DNA of 64,000 bases from Candidatus Omnitrophota bacterium (GCA_030681595.1 JAUXSB010000037.1:64319-128318); one strand, 5' to 3'; positions 8,457-18,596 are shown, numbered from the stretch's first letter. Numbers and translations are program-made. Notes: generated from the sequence alone by a model not told the origin.

Positions 8457-9842
8457 CTATCTCGGGGGGGATTTAATGTTATATTTTTTCATTTTATTGT
8501 AAAGCGTGCATCGGTTTATGCCAAGTACTTCTGCGGTTCTTTTCTTGTTCCATGCCGCGTTATTTAAAGCGGTTATAATTGTTTGTTTTTCCGGTTCGCT
8601 GATGATATCTTTAAGGGATTTTGCGCTTCCTTCAACGATGGTTTTTTCGCTGCGAAACAGGTGCGCCGGTATATGCGCGCGTGTAATTTTATCGGACTTT
8701 GCGATAATAACCGCGTGCTCAATAGTGTTTTCTAATTCGCGTATATTACCCGGCCAGTTATAATTAGAAAAGAGGTCTAGGATATCTTTTGATATGCCGG
8801 ATATGTGAGTATTATTTCTGAGGTTAAATTTATCTATAAAATAATTAGTTAAGGCGGGGATGTCTTCTTTTCTTTCCCTTAAAGGCGGGATATGGATAGG
8901 GATTACATTCAGGCGGTAGTATAAATCTTCCCTGAATTTACCGGTTTTTATTAGTGTTTCCAGGTTTTGGTTAGTCGCAGCAATTATTCTTGTGTCCGTT
9001 TTAATGGTTTTTGCGTCTCCCACATTTTCAAATTCGCCTTCTTGGAGCACCCGCAGGAGTTTGACTTGTAAAGGCGTGGTGAAAGTGTCTATTTCGTCCA
9101 GGAATATTGTACCCTTGTCAGCCAGTTCAAAGCGTCCTTTTCTGTCTTTTATCGCTCCGGTAAAAGAGCCTTTGATATGGCCGAACAACTCGCTTTCTAA
9201 AAGGTTTTCCGGTAGGGCTCCGCAGCTGATTTCCACAAAACGATTATTTTTTCTTATTGGGTCATTCTGGTGTACCGCTAAAGCTATCAGCCTTTTGCCT
9301 GTCCCGCTTTCCCCGGTTATTAGTACCGTGGCTTTGGTGCCGGCAATAGTCTCAATCATTGTATAAATTTTCTGCATGGGAAGGCTGCCACCTATCATGC
9401 TGCAATAGCTATTGCGTTTTATCCCCGCCAGCTCTTCCTTTAACAAGATATTTTCTTCGATAAGTTTTCTTTGCTCAGATATCTTCTGAATGATGATTTT
9501 TATTTCGTTGTCTACCAGCGGCTTAGTAACATAATCAAATGCGCCTAATTTCATTGCTTCTACCGCTGTTTCAATATTGCCATGGCCTGTTATCAGGATT
9601 ACTGAAACTTTTGGTTTATCTTTTTTTATTGCTTTAAGTAATTCTATGCCATCCATTCCCGGCATTTTCACATCGGTAATAACAATATTAACGTTATTTT
9701 CTTTTATCTTTTGTAATGCTTCCGTAGCAGAAGACGCGCTAATTACCTTATAGCCTTCCAGGCGCAATATTTCATGCAGAGATTTTCGTATGAGGGGTTC
9801 GTCGTCAACAACTAAGATATGTTCAGGGTTATTGGTGCTCAT
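8457..9842 (-). CDS. Sigma-54-dependent response regulator (NtrC family: REC + AAA+ + Fis-type HTH).
   Basis: 'LVVDDEPLIR' with 'DVKMPGMDG' (REC), 'GESGTGKRLIALAVH' (Walker A), 'GSFTGA' (GAFTGA variant), C-terminal 'KKRTAEVLGINRCTLYNKMKKY'. Confidence 0.9.
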   Translation of the reverse strand: MSTNNPEHILVVDDEPLIRKSLHEILRLEGYKVISASSATEALQKIKENNVNIVITDVKMPGMDGIELLKAIKKDKPKVSVILITGHGNIETAVEAMKLGAFDYVTKPLVDNEIKIIIQKISEQRKLIEENILLKEELAGIKRNSYCSMIGGSLPMQKIYTMIETIAGTKATVLITGESGTGKRLIALAVHQNDPIRKNNRFVEISCGALPENLLESELFGHIKGSFTGAIKDRKGRFELADKGTIFLDEIDTFTTPLQVKLLRVLQEGEFENVGDAKTIKTDTRIIAATNQNLETLIKTGKFREDLYYRLNVIPIHIPPLRERKEDIPALTNYFIDKFNLRNNTHISGISKDILDLFSNYNWPGNIRELENTIEHAVIIAKSDKITRAHIPAHLFRSEKTIVEGSAKSLKDIISEPEKQTIITALNNAAWNKKRTAEVLGINRCTLYNKMKKYNIKSPPR

Positions 9843-11142
9843 TCGGTATGTTTTCTGAGGGTATAGTGATAGTAAAAGTAGATCCTTTGCCTATTCCGCT
9901 TTCTAGGCTTATATTTCCGTGATATCTTTCAATAACATCGTAGCATATTGCAAGGCCTAGGCCAGCTCCTTTTTCTATTGATTTTGTGGTAAAGAATGGT
10001 TCAAATACCTGATTAATACTCTCTTGCGGTATGCCGCAACCCGTGTCACTTATTTTAATTTTGACAGAGGTAGCTTCTTTGTGGGTGGTTATTTTTAGCG
10101 TCCCCCCTTCTTCCATTGCCTCGCAGGCATTTTTTATGAGGTTTGTGAATACATGCTTAATGCCTTTATCGGTAATCTTGGGAAGGTTTTGGCCGTAATT
10201 TTTGATTACCACCGCATTATTTTTTATGGATAAGTTTTTATTCATGAGCGCTAATGATTCATCAAGTGTTTTATTGACATCTATAGGTGATTTTTTCATC
10301 GGGTCATGCCGCGAAAACTCCAGAAGTGAGCGTATGATATCGGCAATACGGTTAAGCCCCCCTTTGATTTCATGTAAATATTCAGCCGTTATATCCTCTT
10401 TAACGCGTTCAAGGCAGAGGTTGGTGTATCGTATTACGCCGTCTAAAGGATTATTTATTTCATGAGCGATGCCGGAAGATATTTTTCCTAAAGAAGCAAA
10501 TTTTTTTGCCAGGTTAAGCTGTTTATCCAATTCGTTTTTTTCAAAGCGCAGCCTTTCTATCTTACCTAATTGTGTATTAATCAGGGCATCTTGAGAGCTG
10601 ATGATTTCTTTTGTTTCATCCAGGAGTTTTATCCGCTCAAATACAATAGAAATAAAGGATGAGAGTATCAAAAGCTGGTTCATGTCTTCTGCCGAGAATG
10701 CTTTCTTTGAAGTTTTATCGGTAATATTTATAACGCCGATTAACGTCTCCCGCATAAACAAGGGGATACTTAAGAATGAATTAGTTTTATAGTGATTAAG
10801 GCGGTTATGGTTATTTTTAAACCGCCTGTCCCTGTTTACATTCCTGACTAAAAGCGGCTTTTTTTCCTGTGCTACCATGCCGGCAATCCCCTCGCCGATT
10901 TTTTGCCTGGTGTTGCCTAAACGGTTAAGGTTTTCTTCCTGCCCCCGGGCAATTTTTAAGGTTAATTCACGGCTTGTTAAGTCAAAAAGTAATATTGAGC
11001 CGCGCTCAGCACCAAGAAACTCCAGGGTTTTGTTTAATGAAGTATGGAATAATTCCTTAATGGTATTGCTTGCGGCAATAGCCTTTAAGGTATCGGTTAA
11101 TTCTTTATTTTTGTTCTTGTGGCTGAGCAGATTTACTAACAC
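9829..11142 (-). CDS. GAF-domain sensor histidine kinase (GAF + HisKA + HATPase_c); partner of the sigma-54 regulator.
   Basis: H-box 'GIAHEINNPL'. G-boxes 'DTGCGIP' and 'GAGLGLAICYDVI'. The N-terminal GAF-like region has no TM segments. Confidence 0.85.
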   Translation of the reverse strand: MLVNLLSHKNKNKELTDTLKAIAASNTIKELFHTSLNKTLEFLGAERGSILLFDLTSRELTLKIARGQEENLNRLGNTRQKIGEGIAGMVAQEKKPLLVRNVNRDRRFKNNHNRLNHYKTNSFLSIPLFMRETLIGVINITDKTSKKAFSAEDMNQLLILSSFISIVFERIKLLDETKEIISSQDALINTQLGKIERLRFEKNELDKQLNLAKKFASLGKISSGIAHEINNPLDGVIRYTNLCLERVKEDITAEYLHEIKGGLNRIADIIRSLLEFSRHDPMKKSPIDVNKTLDESLALMNKNLSIKNNAVVIKNYGQNLPKITDKGIKHVFTNLIKNACEAMEEGGTLKITTHKEATSVKIKISDTGCGIPQESINQVFEPFFTTKSIEKGAGLGLAICYDVIERYHGNISLESGIGKGSTFTITIPSENIPNEHQ

Positions 11143-12019
11143 CCTTAGTTCCCCCTTCTTTTTTATCCATCTGATTTTTTATCGTATTTATTTGTTTCTC
11201 AAGGAGTGTATTCAGCTTATGCTTAGGATGGCGGCTAATAAAATCTTTATATATGTCAACAGCCCGTTGCGGCTGTTTTAGTTTCAAGAAAGATATAATC
11301 CCAATCATTTTAAGGCCGTTGATTACGCTGGGCGTATTGGGGTAGTTATTAACCATTACCTGAAGCGCCTCCAGGGCTGCGTTCCAGTTTCCCATAAGCT
11401 CAAGGCAGGTTATCCGAGAGTTCATCGCTATGTACCCTAACTGGGTATTTGGATACTCTCCCGCTATCTTTTGATAATATTCTATAGCTTTTGAGAAATA
11501 GCTATTTTTATTGGTATCGTCTTTTTTCTGCGCGTAGCGGTTAGCGATATAAATAGGCATATTCATCGCCAGCGGAGTACCGATATAGTTATTCATTATG
11601 TTTTCATAAGTGGAAAGCGCTTGATTCCATTTATCTTCGCTCTCGTAAGAATTGCCGATTGCAAATAGTGCTTGCGCGCAATAATTTTTATCTTCAGGGT
11701 ATTGGTTTAATATTTTATTAAATTCCAGCCTTGCCGCATCAAATTCTTTTCTGGAAATATAAAACCTGCCCAAGAGAAGCCGGGCTCCTTTTGCGCTTAT
11801 TGTTTTTGGGTATTTCGAAATTATGTATTTATATTGTTTTGCGGTTTTTTCATATAGGGCCGACGGAACAGATTCCTGGTTCTTTAATATGTTAGATAGC
11901 GTTTTATTCGCAAAAAATAATTTTCGTTCAGCGAGGTATTCGCCTCTATAGTCAAGGAAAGAAAATATTAAAGCGCAGATAAACAATATTAATATTGAAT
12001 AAGTTATTCTTTTTGGCAT
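11105..12019 (-). CDS. TPR-repeat protein with an N-terminal membrane anchor.
   Basis: Repeated 'A...Y..G..Y....W..A' TPR-like units. N-terminus is hydrophobic. Confidence 0.6.
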   Translation of the reverse strand: MPKRITYSILILFICALIFSFLDYRGEYLAERKLFFANKTLSNILKNQESVPSALYEKTAKQYKYIISKYPKTISAKGARLLLGRFYISRKEFDAARLEFNKILNQYPEDKNYCAQALFAIGNSYESEDKWNQALSTYENIMNNYIGTPLAMNMPIYIANRYAQKKDDTNKNSYFSKAIEYYQKIAGEYPNTQLGYIAMNSRITCLELMGNWNAALEALQVMVNNYPNTPSVINGLKMIGIISFLKLKQPQRAVDIYKDFISRHPKHKLNTLLEKQINTIKNQMDKKEGGTKGVSKSAQPQEQK

Positions 12020-12876
12020 TTTTGCAGGTAATATAATGTGATTAAAGAGATCACGTATCCATTTATAAAGAGAGACAGGATTACCCCTAAGATAATCATC
12101 AGCGGGACGATCTCAGGGCAGATTTTATCCATTAGCGCGGAAGCATTATTGTTCAGATAGATTAAAGGCAGGGCTGAAAGCGACGGTACTAAAACAAATA
12201 AAAAAGTAGCAATAAAATTATTTTTTAGCGCCTTAAAATTATCCTTCAGCGCCGCAAGTATTTTTTTGTTTTTAATGATGATTAGCGGTATGCAATAGGC
12301 AAAAGCCGTATCGGTCAATATGCCTAATATAAAATTGACGTAGTTTGAGGAATGGATTAGCCATTTTTTTAGCGCTATGACAATATGGTTGGCAGCATAT
12401 ATCTGGCTGGAAATTATACTCTTAAGGGTGAAATCGTAACCTTTACGCAAGGTTAGCAGGCATACCGTAATAATCAAGGCAATGCAGAAAATATCTATAT
12501 ATTTTTTTGAGTTTTTGCGAAAAGCGGTTTTTAAATGCGGGGTTTTATCCGAGTTGGTATCATATACTAACGAACAGGTTACCGCGATCAGGAACCCTCC
12601 TATTCCTATATAGATGAGCACCTGCGCGTAGTAAATAAGCCTATACATCAGGATAAAATTAGCCGGGTAGTGTAAAAATTGCTCGCCCCATAAGGTGCGC
12701 ACAATAGGCGCAAAGAGAATGTTTAGCGGCCAGCGCGGTAAAAAATAGATTATTTCCAGGGCTATAAGTTCTAAAAAAGCGGTAATCGCCAATGGGAATA
12801 AGGCAACAGGATGTTTTTTGAGTAATTGAAAAGCGGTATACAAAAGGTGGATTACGATGTTTCGATTTTTCGGCAT
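12004..12876 (-). CDS. Polytopic membrane protein of unknown function.
   Basis: Multiple hydrophobic helices, no recognisable motif. Confidence 0.5.
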   Translation of the reverse strand: MPKNRNIVIHLLYTAFQLLKKHPVALFPLAITAFLELIALEIIYFLPRWPLNILFAPIVRTLWGEQFLHYPANFILMYRLIYYAQVLIYIGIGGFLIAVTCSLVYDTNSDKTPHLKTAFRKNSKKYIDIFCIALIITVCLLTLRKGYDFTLKSIISSQIYAANHIVIALKKWLIHSSNYVNFILGILTDTAFAYCIPLIIIKNKKILAALKDNFKALKNNFIATFLFVLVPSLSALPLIYLNNNASALMDKICPEIVPLMIILGVILSLFINGYVISLITLYYLQKCQKE

Positions 12877-12958
12877 ATTTTTTTACAAAAACAAATCTTC
12901 TTTTCTGACAAGGAGTTAAAGTGTAGCATATTTTCAACACCTTGTCAAGTAAAGACTT

Positions 12959-15661
12959 TTAAAAAGATTTATTTTCTTTGAGTTGAGCGACTTTTTTTCG
13001 CAGGTTACCGGCGATTATTTCGTAGCTCTCTTCTTTTTCCTTTGGGGTTCCCTCTTGAATTAGTTCACCAATTGTGATCATGGGCCCATATTTAATCTTA
13101 ATCCGGCTTAGTTTAGGGAAAGCGCGATAACGCGGCCAGGCGCGGAAGCTGCCTTCAATATAAGCGGGGATAACCGGTATATCCAGTTCTTTGATTAAGA
13201 TACCCACTCCTTTTTTAAAGTCCTTGATTTCGCCGTCAATAGAGCGCTGCCCCTCGGGAAAGTAGCAGACGATTTTTGAATTTCTTAAAACAAAAGCGCA
13301 GGCTTGTAATGCCTCAATTAAATTCAGGCTTAATTCCAGTGGAATAAGCCGGGCGGTTTTTATGAAGCCTCTCAGTAGAAAATGTTCAAAGATAGCGCTA
13401 TAGCCGACAAAGTATGTATTTATCGCGGTCTTAAAAGGCAGCGAGCTTAAAACAACCAACCCGTCAAAATAACTGGTGTGGTTAGGGCAAATTAAATAAG
13501 GGCCTTTTTCTTTTAAGTTTTGCCTGCCTTCTACGCGTAGTAAAAATAACACGCGAAAGATTAGTTTGAACATGCCGATAACCATCAGGCTGAAGAGTAT
13601 GTTAAAAATACCCGGTTTTAAATTTATTTTACTTAATGTGCCTGGAGAAGGATTTTCCCGGATTATTTTTTCCCAGATAAAGGCTTTTTCTTTTTTAGCT
13701 TGCGTTTCGGTATTTACTAAAATATTTTTTAGCTTCAGAAGTAGGTCTTTTACGGTAAGGCTCATGAAAAAACCCGTTGCTTCTTCGTCTGAAATTTCCA
13801 GGTTCAGGGCGCTCTGTAAGTTGAGCAGTAATTCAATCCTGCCTAGCGAATCTAGCCCTAAATCCAATTCTAAATGGTCATTGATGCCTACTTCCTTATC
13901 TAGGGTTTGTTTAAGTAAAGATAGGGCATTTCGCGAAGTTTCGGAATTGAGTATATCTAAGTCGTCTTCTTTAAGGGACTCTTCTTTGGGCTGGTACGAT
14001 TTTGATAATTCAGCGTAGATTTCCGGGATTTTATGGCGCATTATTTTTCCTAAGCGTGTACGCGGGAGAAGCTCTTTAGTGATGACAAGGCCGGTGATGC
14101 GCTTATAAGCCGGTAATTTTACCGAAAGGTTATCTAATTCCCATTTTAATTTGTCGCGGATATTGGTTTCATTTTTTGCTTTGAAGATTTCTTCGTCTAT
14201 TACGATAACCGCGCAGAGGCGCTCAATCCCTTTTAGATAATCAGCGTCTTTAACCGGCAAAACACAGATTTCTTTGATAAATTGGGTTTGGGTATAATGT
14301 TTTTCTATTTCTTCGGGGTTGATATTTTTACCGTTGCTTAAGACAATAATCTCTTTTTTTCTGCCCCTTAGGTAAAGATAGCCTTCATTATCTATATATC
14401 CCAAGTCGCCGCTAGCGAACCAGTCGTCTTTGATTGTTTCTTTAGTCTGCCGCGGAAGATTGTAATAGCCCGCCATTACATTATCGCCCTTTATTAATAC
14501 CTCTCCTATTCCTTCTTTGTTCGGCTCAACTATTTTTATTTCTACATCCGGGATGGCTTTGCCTACGGAGCCTATCTTGGGTTTTTCCGGGGGGTTAAAG
14601 GTTGCCGCCGGAGAAGTTTCGGTTAAGCCGTAACCTTCCAGTATAGTAAAGCCCCACTTAAAAAAATCTCTGGCTACTTCGCTATCGAGCGGCGCGCCTC
14701 CGGAAATCATAAAACGCAGAGTTTCGCCAAATGCCTTGTGTATCCGGGAAAAAATATATTTATTGAAATTGACGCCGCAAGCCATGCGAAAGGCGTAAGA
14801 AGTATCGCGCAAGAGCCCAATTACGGTTTGCTTGACGAATGGAAGATTTTTTATTTTTTCCTTTATTGAGTGGTGTATCAGGGAATATATCTGCGGCACT
14901 CCTACAAGAATCGTTGCTTTTGTTTCTTTGATACAGCTAAGCAGTTCCGCTGAAGAAAGCCCGGTAGGATAGCTTATAGTCGCGCCTGACAATAAGGGCA
15001 GTAGTAACGTAACCGTAAAGGGGTAAGTATGATGCAGCGGCAATATAGAGATAATAATATCTTCTTTGCGGATAATGTGTAATTGTTCTATGGAGTTTAC
15101 GTTGGAGATTAGGTTGCGCTGCGTAAGCATTACGGCCTTAGGCAGGTTGGTAGTACCTGAAGTATAAACTAAAACTGCCAGTTGAGTTTTATTTTGCCTG
15201 TTTTCAAAATTATCTTCTGGTTTGGAGTTTTCAAGTTCTTTATGGAATTGCTCCGAATCTATCAGGATTACCTTTAGGTCTTGCAGGCCGTTTTTCAAAT
15301 TAGAGTAAATTTTTTCCGTAGTGATAAGGATCTGGCATTCGGAGTGAAAAATGAATAGTTGTATCTCATGGGGAGGCAGCTGAATGTCCAGCGGGACAGA
15401 AACCGCGTTAGCATACATTATCGCGAAAAAAGCGATTGGGTATTCCGGGCGGTTATCCAGAAGGACGGCAATAGTATCGTCGGGTTTAATTTCCCTGTTT
15501 TTAAGCAGATTACCGAATTTTACTGATTTTTGATATATTTGATCATAGGTTAAACTGAGGTACGCATCATTTTTTTTAAAGATGGCGGCTGTTTTTTGCG
15601 GGTTAGTTTTGGCGGTTTCGGAAAAAACTTCAAAAATGTGGCTGTTATTAGTCTGAGGCAT
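12959..15661 (-). CDS. Tri-domain fusion: fatty-acyl AMP ligase / acyl-CoA synthetase + acyl-carrier (phosphopantetheine-attachment) domain + PlsC-type lysophospholipid O-acyltransferase.
   Basis: AMP-binding 'LVYTSGTTNLPKAVMLT' and 'GYGLTET'. Carrier-domain serine 'LGLDSLGRIEL'. PlsC motifs 'NHTSYFDG' and 'FPEGQRS'. Confidence 0.85.
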   Translation of the reverse strand: MPQTNNSHIFEVFSETAKTNPQKTAAIFKKNDAYLSLTYDQIYQKSVKFGNLLKNREIKPDDTIAVLLDNRPEYPIAFFAIMYANAVSVPLDIQLPPHEIQLFIFHSECQILITTEKIYSNLKNGLQDLKVILIDSEQFHKELENSKPEDNFENRQNKTQLAVLVYTSGTTNLPKAVMLTQRNLISNVNSIEQLHIIRKEDIIISILPLHHTYPFTVTLLLPLLSGATISYPTGLSSAELLSCIKETKATILVGVPQIYSLIHHSIKEKIKNLPFVKQTVIGLLRDTSYAFRMACGVNFNKYIFSRIHKAFGETLRFMISGGAPLDSEVARDFFKWGFTILEGYGLTETSPAATFNPPEKPKIGSVGKAIPDVEIKIVEPNKEGIGEVLIKGDNVMAGYYNLPRQTKETIKDDWFASGDLGYIDNEGYLYLRGRKKEIIVLSNGKNINPEEIEKHYTQTQFIKEICVLPVKDADYLKGIERLCAVIVIDEEIFKAKNETNIRDKLKWELDNLSVKLPAYKRITGLVITKELLPRTRLGKIMRHKIPEIYAELSKSYQPKEESLKEDDLDILNSETSRNALSLLKQTLDKEVGINDHLELDLGLDSLGRIELLLNLQSALNLEISDEEATGFFMSLTVKDLLLKLKNILVNTETQAKKEKAFIWEKIIRENPSPGTLSKINLKPGIFNILFSLMVIGMFKLIFRVLFLLRVEGRQNLKEKGPYLICPNHTSYFDGLVVLSSLPFKTAINTYFVGYSAIFEHFLLRGFIKTARLIPLELSLNLIEALQACAFVLRNSKIVCYFPEGQRSIDGEIKDFKKGVGILIKELDIPVIPAYIEGSFRAWPRYRAFPKLSRIKIKYGPMITIGELIQEGTPKEKEESYEIIAGNLRKKVAQLKENKSF

Positions 15662-15684
15662 ATTTTATCTGTAGCGTTTATATT

Positions 15685-16416
15685 TTAAGTGGCAGGCTTA
15701 AAGGTGAAATCGTGATAGGTTTCTTGTTTGTTACCGTCGCTAAAATAATCAAAAAATTTAGGGAAGCGGGTTTGTACTTCTTGTTCTATTTTTTTTATGT
15801 CGCCTAAATACGGCTTTACCGGGCCGTAGACGTCTATTTCTTCGCCTATTACGTCAAAAGTAAGGCCGTGAATACGCAATAACAGCCAGAGGCTCTTTTC
15901 CATCAGGGCATACCAGTGGGTAATTCCCCTCTTTTTGCTTTCACGGTAGAGTTCTCTGTAGAGCCCGAATGCCATAGGTTTAGCGCGGCGCAGGAAGGCG
16001 TTCCCTTCGCTGTCTGTGCCTTTTTTGTCTTCTGCCTGCGGGCCGTAGTATATACCGTCGTCCCAGCGCCTGCGTAGTTTCTTGCTTATGACAAGGCGGG
16101 AAATTTCAGCGAGGCTGTCCCGGGGAACCCCCTTTTTGGCTATTGTTAGATCTTTACAATGTTTTTCAAGCGGAAGCACTATCGAGTCGGCTAGGATCAT
16201 CCGTATTGTTCCGATGATTTCGCCGTCGGGGTCTATAGCGGCAAAGTGGATCGCGTTGTTGTCGTATTCATCGCTTTCAGTGCTTTTAGGGTAGTCTTCT
16301 TCTTTTATAAAGCCGCACTCTTTGCAATATACCTCAAAGCGCAGGCGGTGTATTTGCTCCATTAGTTGAGCCTCTTGCGGCTCAACTTTTTTAAAGATAA
16401 AGGTTTGCATAATCAT
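15685..16416 (-). CDS. GNAT-fold N-acyl amino acid synthase, PEP-CTERM/exosortase-associated family (TIGR03694-like).
   Basis: 'LRFEVYCKECGFI...DEYDNNAIHFAAID...GTIRMIL' and C-terminal 'ITHWYALMEKSLWLLL'. A paralog is at 21968-22651. Confidence 0.65.
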   Translation of the reverse strand: MIMQTFIFKKVEPQEAQLMEQIHRLRFEVYCKECGFIKEEDYPKSTESDEYDNNAIHFAAIDPDGEIIGTIRMILADSIVLPLEKHCKDLTIAKKGVPRDSLAEISRLVISKKLRRRWDDGIYYGPQAEDKKGTDSEGNAFLRRAKPMAFGLYRELYRESKKRGITHWYALMEKSLWLLLRIHGLTFDVIGEEIDVYGPVKPYLGDIKKIEQEVQTRFPKFFDYFSDGNKQETYHDFTFKPAT

Positions 16417-16505
16417 TAAAATTATGTTAACATAATTTTAACTTATTGTCAACTATGAAGATAAAGAGGGTAGTATACTCAATTGTGTGTAAATTAGCTT
16501 TTAAA

Positions 16506-16541
16506 CACCCCCGAGGTGGCCGAATGGACTCCTCGGGGGTG
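16506..16541. repeat. 11-bp inverted repeat CACCCCCGAGG/CCTCGGGGGTG whose loop contains the ATG of the LolA-like gene, followed by a second hairpin CGCCCGA/TCGGGCG.
   Basis: Read directly. This is a GC-rich island in AT-rich DNA. Confidence 0.65.
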
Positions 16542-17318
16542 GCCCGCCCGAACGACCACTGGTCGGGCGCGGCGAAGCTCGGTTTAATCCTTTTGTTTCT
16601 TCTGCCTGCCCTTGCTTTTTCCCAAGCCTCTTTATCCCCAACCGAGATTGTCAGGCGCGCGGACGACCTTCTGCGTGGTGACACTAATCGCGGCACCTAC
16701 ACCATGGAAGTAGTTACCCCTAATTGGCGCCGCACTTTAGAGCTCTATGTCTATAGTTTAGGCAGGGATAAGATTTTTATCCGTATCCTTTCCCCTGCTA
16801 AAGAAGCAGGCATTGGCACACTGCGCGTAAAAAACGAGATGTGGAATTACCTGCCGAATGTGGAAAAAACCATTAAAATCCCCCCTTCTATGATGGCGCA
16901 GAGCTGGATGGGCAGCGACTTTGCCAATGATGATTTAGTCAAAGAATCAAGCATTGTTAACGACTATACGCATACTATTGCTGCTGAAGAAGATACCGGA
17001 GATTTTTCCGCTTATAAAATAGAGCTTATTCCTAAGCCCGATGCGGCGGTAGTCTGGGGAAAAATTCTTTTCTGGGTGCGAAAAGGCGATTATGTGCCGT
17101 TAAAGGAAGAATATTATGATGAAAAAGGCAGGCTTATAAAAGTATTAGAATATTCGGATATCGGAGCGGTTTCCGATCATATCATCCCCCGCGTTTGGAA
17201 GATGTCTTCGGCGTTAAAGGATAACCACTATACTATTATTAAAGTTGTTGATGTAGAATATAATAAGCCGATAGATGGTAATGTGTTTACGTTGGAGAAT
17301 TTGAAGAAAATACAGTAA
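16524..17318 (+). CDS. LolA-like outer-membrane lipoprotein-sorting-family protein (secreted).
   Basis: Signal peptide 'KLGLILLFLLPALAFSQA'. Body reads 'TLELYVYSLGRDKIFIRILSPAKEAGIGTLRVKNEMWNYLP'. It sits directly upstream of a FtsX-permease/ABC-ATPase pair. The start was chosen at an internal Met (the track ORF begins at 16446). Confidence 0.6.
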   Translation: MDSSGVARPNDHWSGAAKLGLILLFLLPALAFSQASLSPTEIVRRADDLLRGDTNRGTYTMEVVTPNWRRTLELYVYSLGRDKIFIRILSPAKEAGIGTLRVKNEMWNYLPNVEKTIKIPPSMMAQSWMGSDFANDDLVKESSIVNDYTHTIAAEEDTGDFSAYKIELIPKPDAAVVWGKILFWVRKGDYVPLKEEYYDEKGRLIKVLEYSDIGAVSDHIIPRVWKMSSALKDNHYTIIKVVDVEYNKPIDGNVFTLENLKKIQ

Positions 17319-17353
17319 ATCTGTGTAATCTGTTTTTAAAAATTAGTGTAATC

Positions 17354-18577
17354 ATGATATTTGCTTTTCTAAAAATAGCTTTCCGCAATATCTTACGCGC
17401 TAAGCGCAGATCGCTGATTACGGTATCAGCTGTCGGCTTCGGCTTGGGTGCGTTAATTTTTATCTGGGCGTTTGTCGACGGCGCGCACCGTCAGATGGTT
17501 GAGAATTATACTTCTTTAATCGCCGGCCATATCCAGATTCACAAGCAGGGTTTTAGTCAAAAGGAGCAATTGGAGATGAATTTTTCTCGCCCTGAAGAAA
17601 TTATCGCTAAACTGACGCGATTGGCGCAAGTAAAAGCGGTAAGCCCACGTATTAAGGCATTTGGCTTAGTTAGTTCCGCGGAACATTCTTCTATCGTTTC
17701 GATTATGGGGATTGTGCCGCAAAAAGAATTGTCCGTAAGCCGCATGAGCGATAGGGTTAAAGAGGGAAAATTTTTAGAGGACAATAAAAGCATTGTTATC
17801 GGGGAGCGTCTCGCCAAAAACCTGAATGTTTCGTTAGGCGATAAGGTTGTTATTATGTCGCAGGCGCTGGACGGTAGTATTGCCTCGGCAGCCTATCATG
17901 TTAACGGCCTCTTGGATACCGGCGCCGATGAGATTGATAAAGGGGTAGCTCTCATTACTTACACGGCAGCGCAAGAGTTGTTTGTTATGGATAACAAAGC
18001 GTCTGAAATAGCCGTGCGTATTAATTCAGCCGAAGACGCCAGGATTGTATCAAGAATGATCGCGAATGATTTAAATTCGCCGGATTTGGAGGTATTGGCT
18101 TGGCAGGACATCTCCCCCATGCTCTATCAGTGGGTAGAGTTTGATAACGGTTTTATCTGGATTATCGTTTTGGTGGTGATGATTGTGGTGGCTATCGGTA
18201 TATTAAATACGGTGCTTATGGGGGTATTAGAGCGCACGCATGAATTCGGCATACTGCTTGCTTTAGGCACAAAACGCAGGCAGGTTATTTCGATGGTGGC
18301 TTTTGAATCTCTTATTTTGGGCATAGTCGGCAGTATCGCCGGTTTAGGGCTGGGGTGCGTTTCTTCTCTTTATTACGGTAAAGCGGGAATAAATCTCTCT
18401 GCCTTTACCCAAGCCCTGAATAATTTTTATATGGATGCTTTTATTTATCCCAGGCTTTCTTTCGGCCATGTGGCTACTTCTTTGGTTTTAGTATTAATAA
18501 TCAGCGTTGTTGTTTCGCTCTATCCGGCGTATCACGCGGCGAATTTAAAGCCTGTTGACGCCATAAGGAGCATATAG
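17354..18577 (+). CDS. ABC transporter permease, FtsX/MacB/LolE-like.
   Basis: N-terminal TM helix, a large periplasmic domain, and a C-terminal 3-TM FtsX module 'LNTVLMGVLERTHEFGILLALGTKRRQV'. Confidence 0.8.
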   Translation: MIFAFLKIAFRNILRAKRRSLITVSAVGFGLGALIFIWAFVDGAHRQMVENYTSLIAGHIQIHKQGFSQKEQLEMNFSRPEEIIAKLTRLAQVKAVSPRIKAFGLVSSAEHSSIVSIMGIVPQKELSVSRMSDRVKEGKFLEDNKSIVIGERLAKNLNVSLGDKVVIMSQALDGSIASAAYHVNGLLDTGADEIDKGVALITYTAAQELFVMDNKASEIAVRINSAEDARIVSRMIANDLNSPDLEVLAWQDISPMLYQWVEFDNGFIWIIVLVVMIVVAIGILNTVLMGVLERTHEFGILLALGTKRRQVISMVAFESLILGIVGSIAGLGLGCVSSLYYGKAGINLSAFTQALNNFYMDAFIYPRLSFGHVATSLVLVLIISVVVSLYPAYHAANLKPVDAIRSI

Positions 18578-18596
18578 TAATGTTAATGACCAATGA

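Noticed and set aside
12877-12958. Inverted repeat GACAAGG...CCTTGTC between the membrane-protein gene and the acyl-ligase fusion.
   Set aside because: The arms are short (7-8 bp) and the loop is about 28 nt. It is weak and not reported as a feature.
16506-16541. tRNA-like D-arm sequence 'GGTGGCCGAATGG' in the GC-rich island.
   Set aside because: The stem closes after about 36 nt. There is no acceptor/T-arm cloverleaf or CCA context. It is more consistent with a palindromic element or 5' structure than a tRNA.
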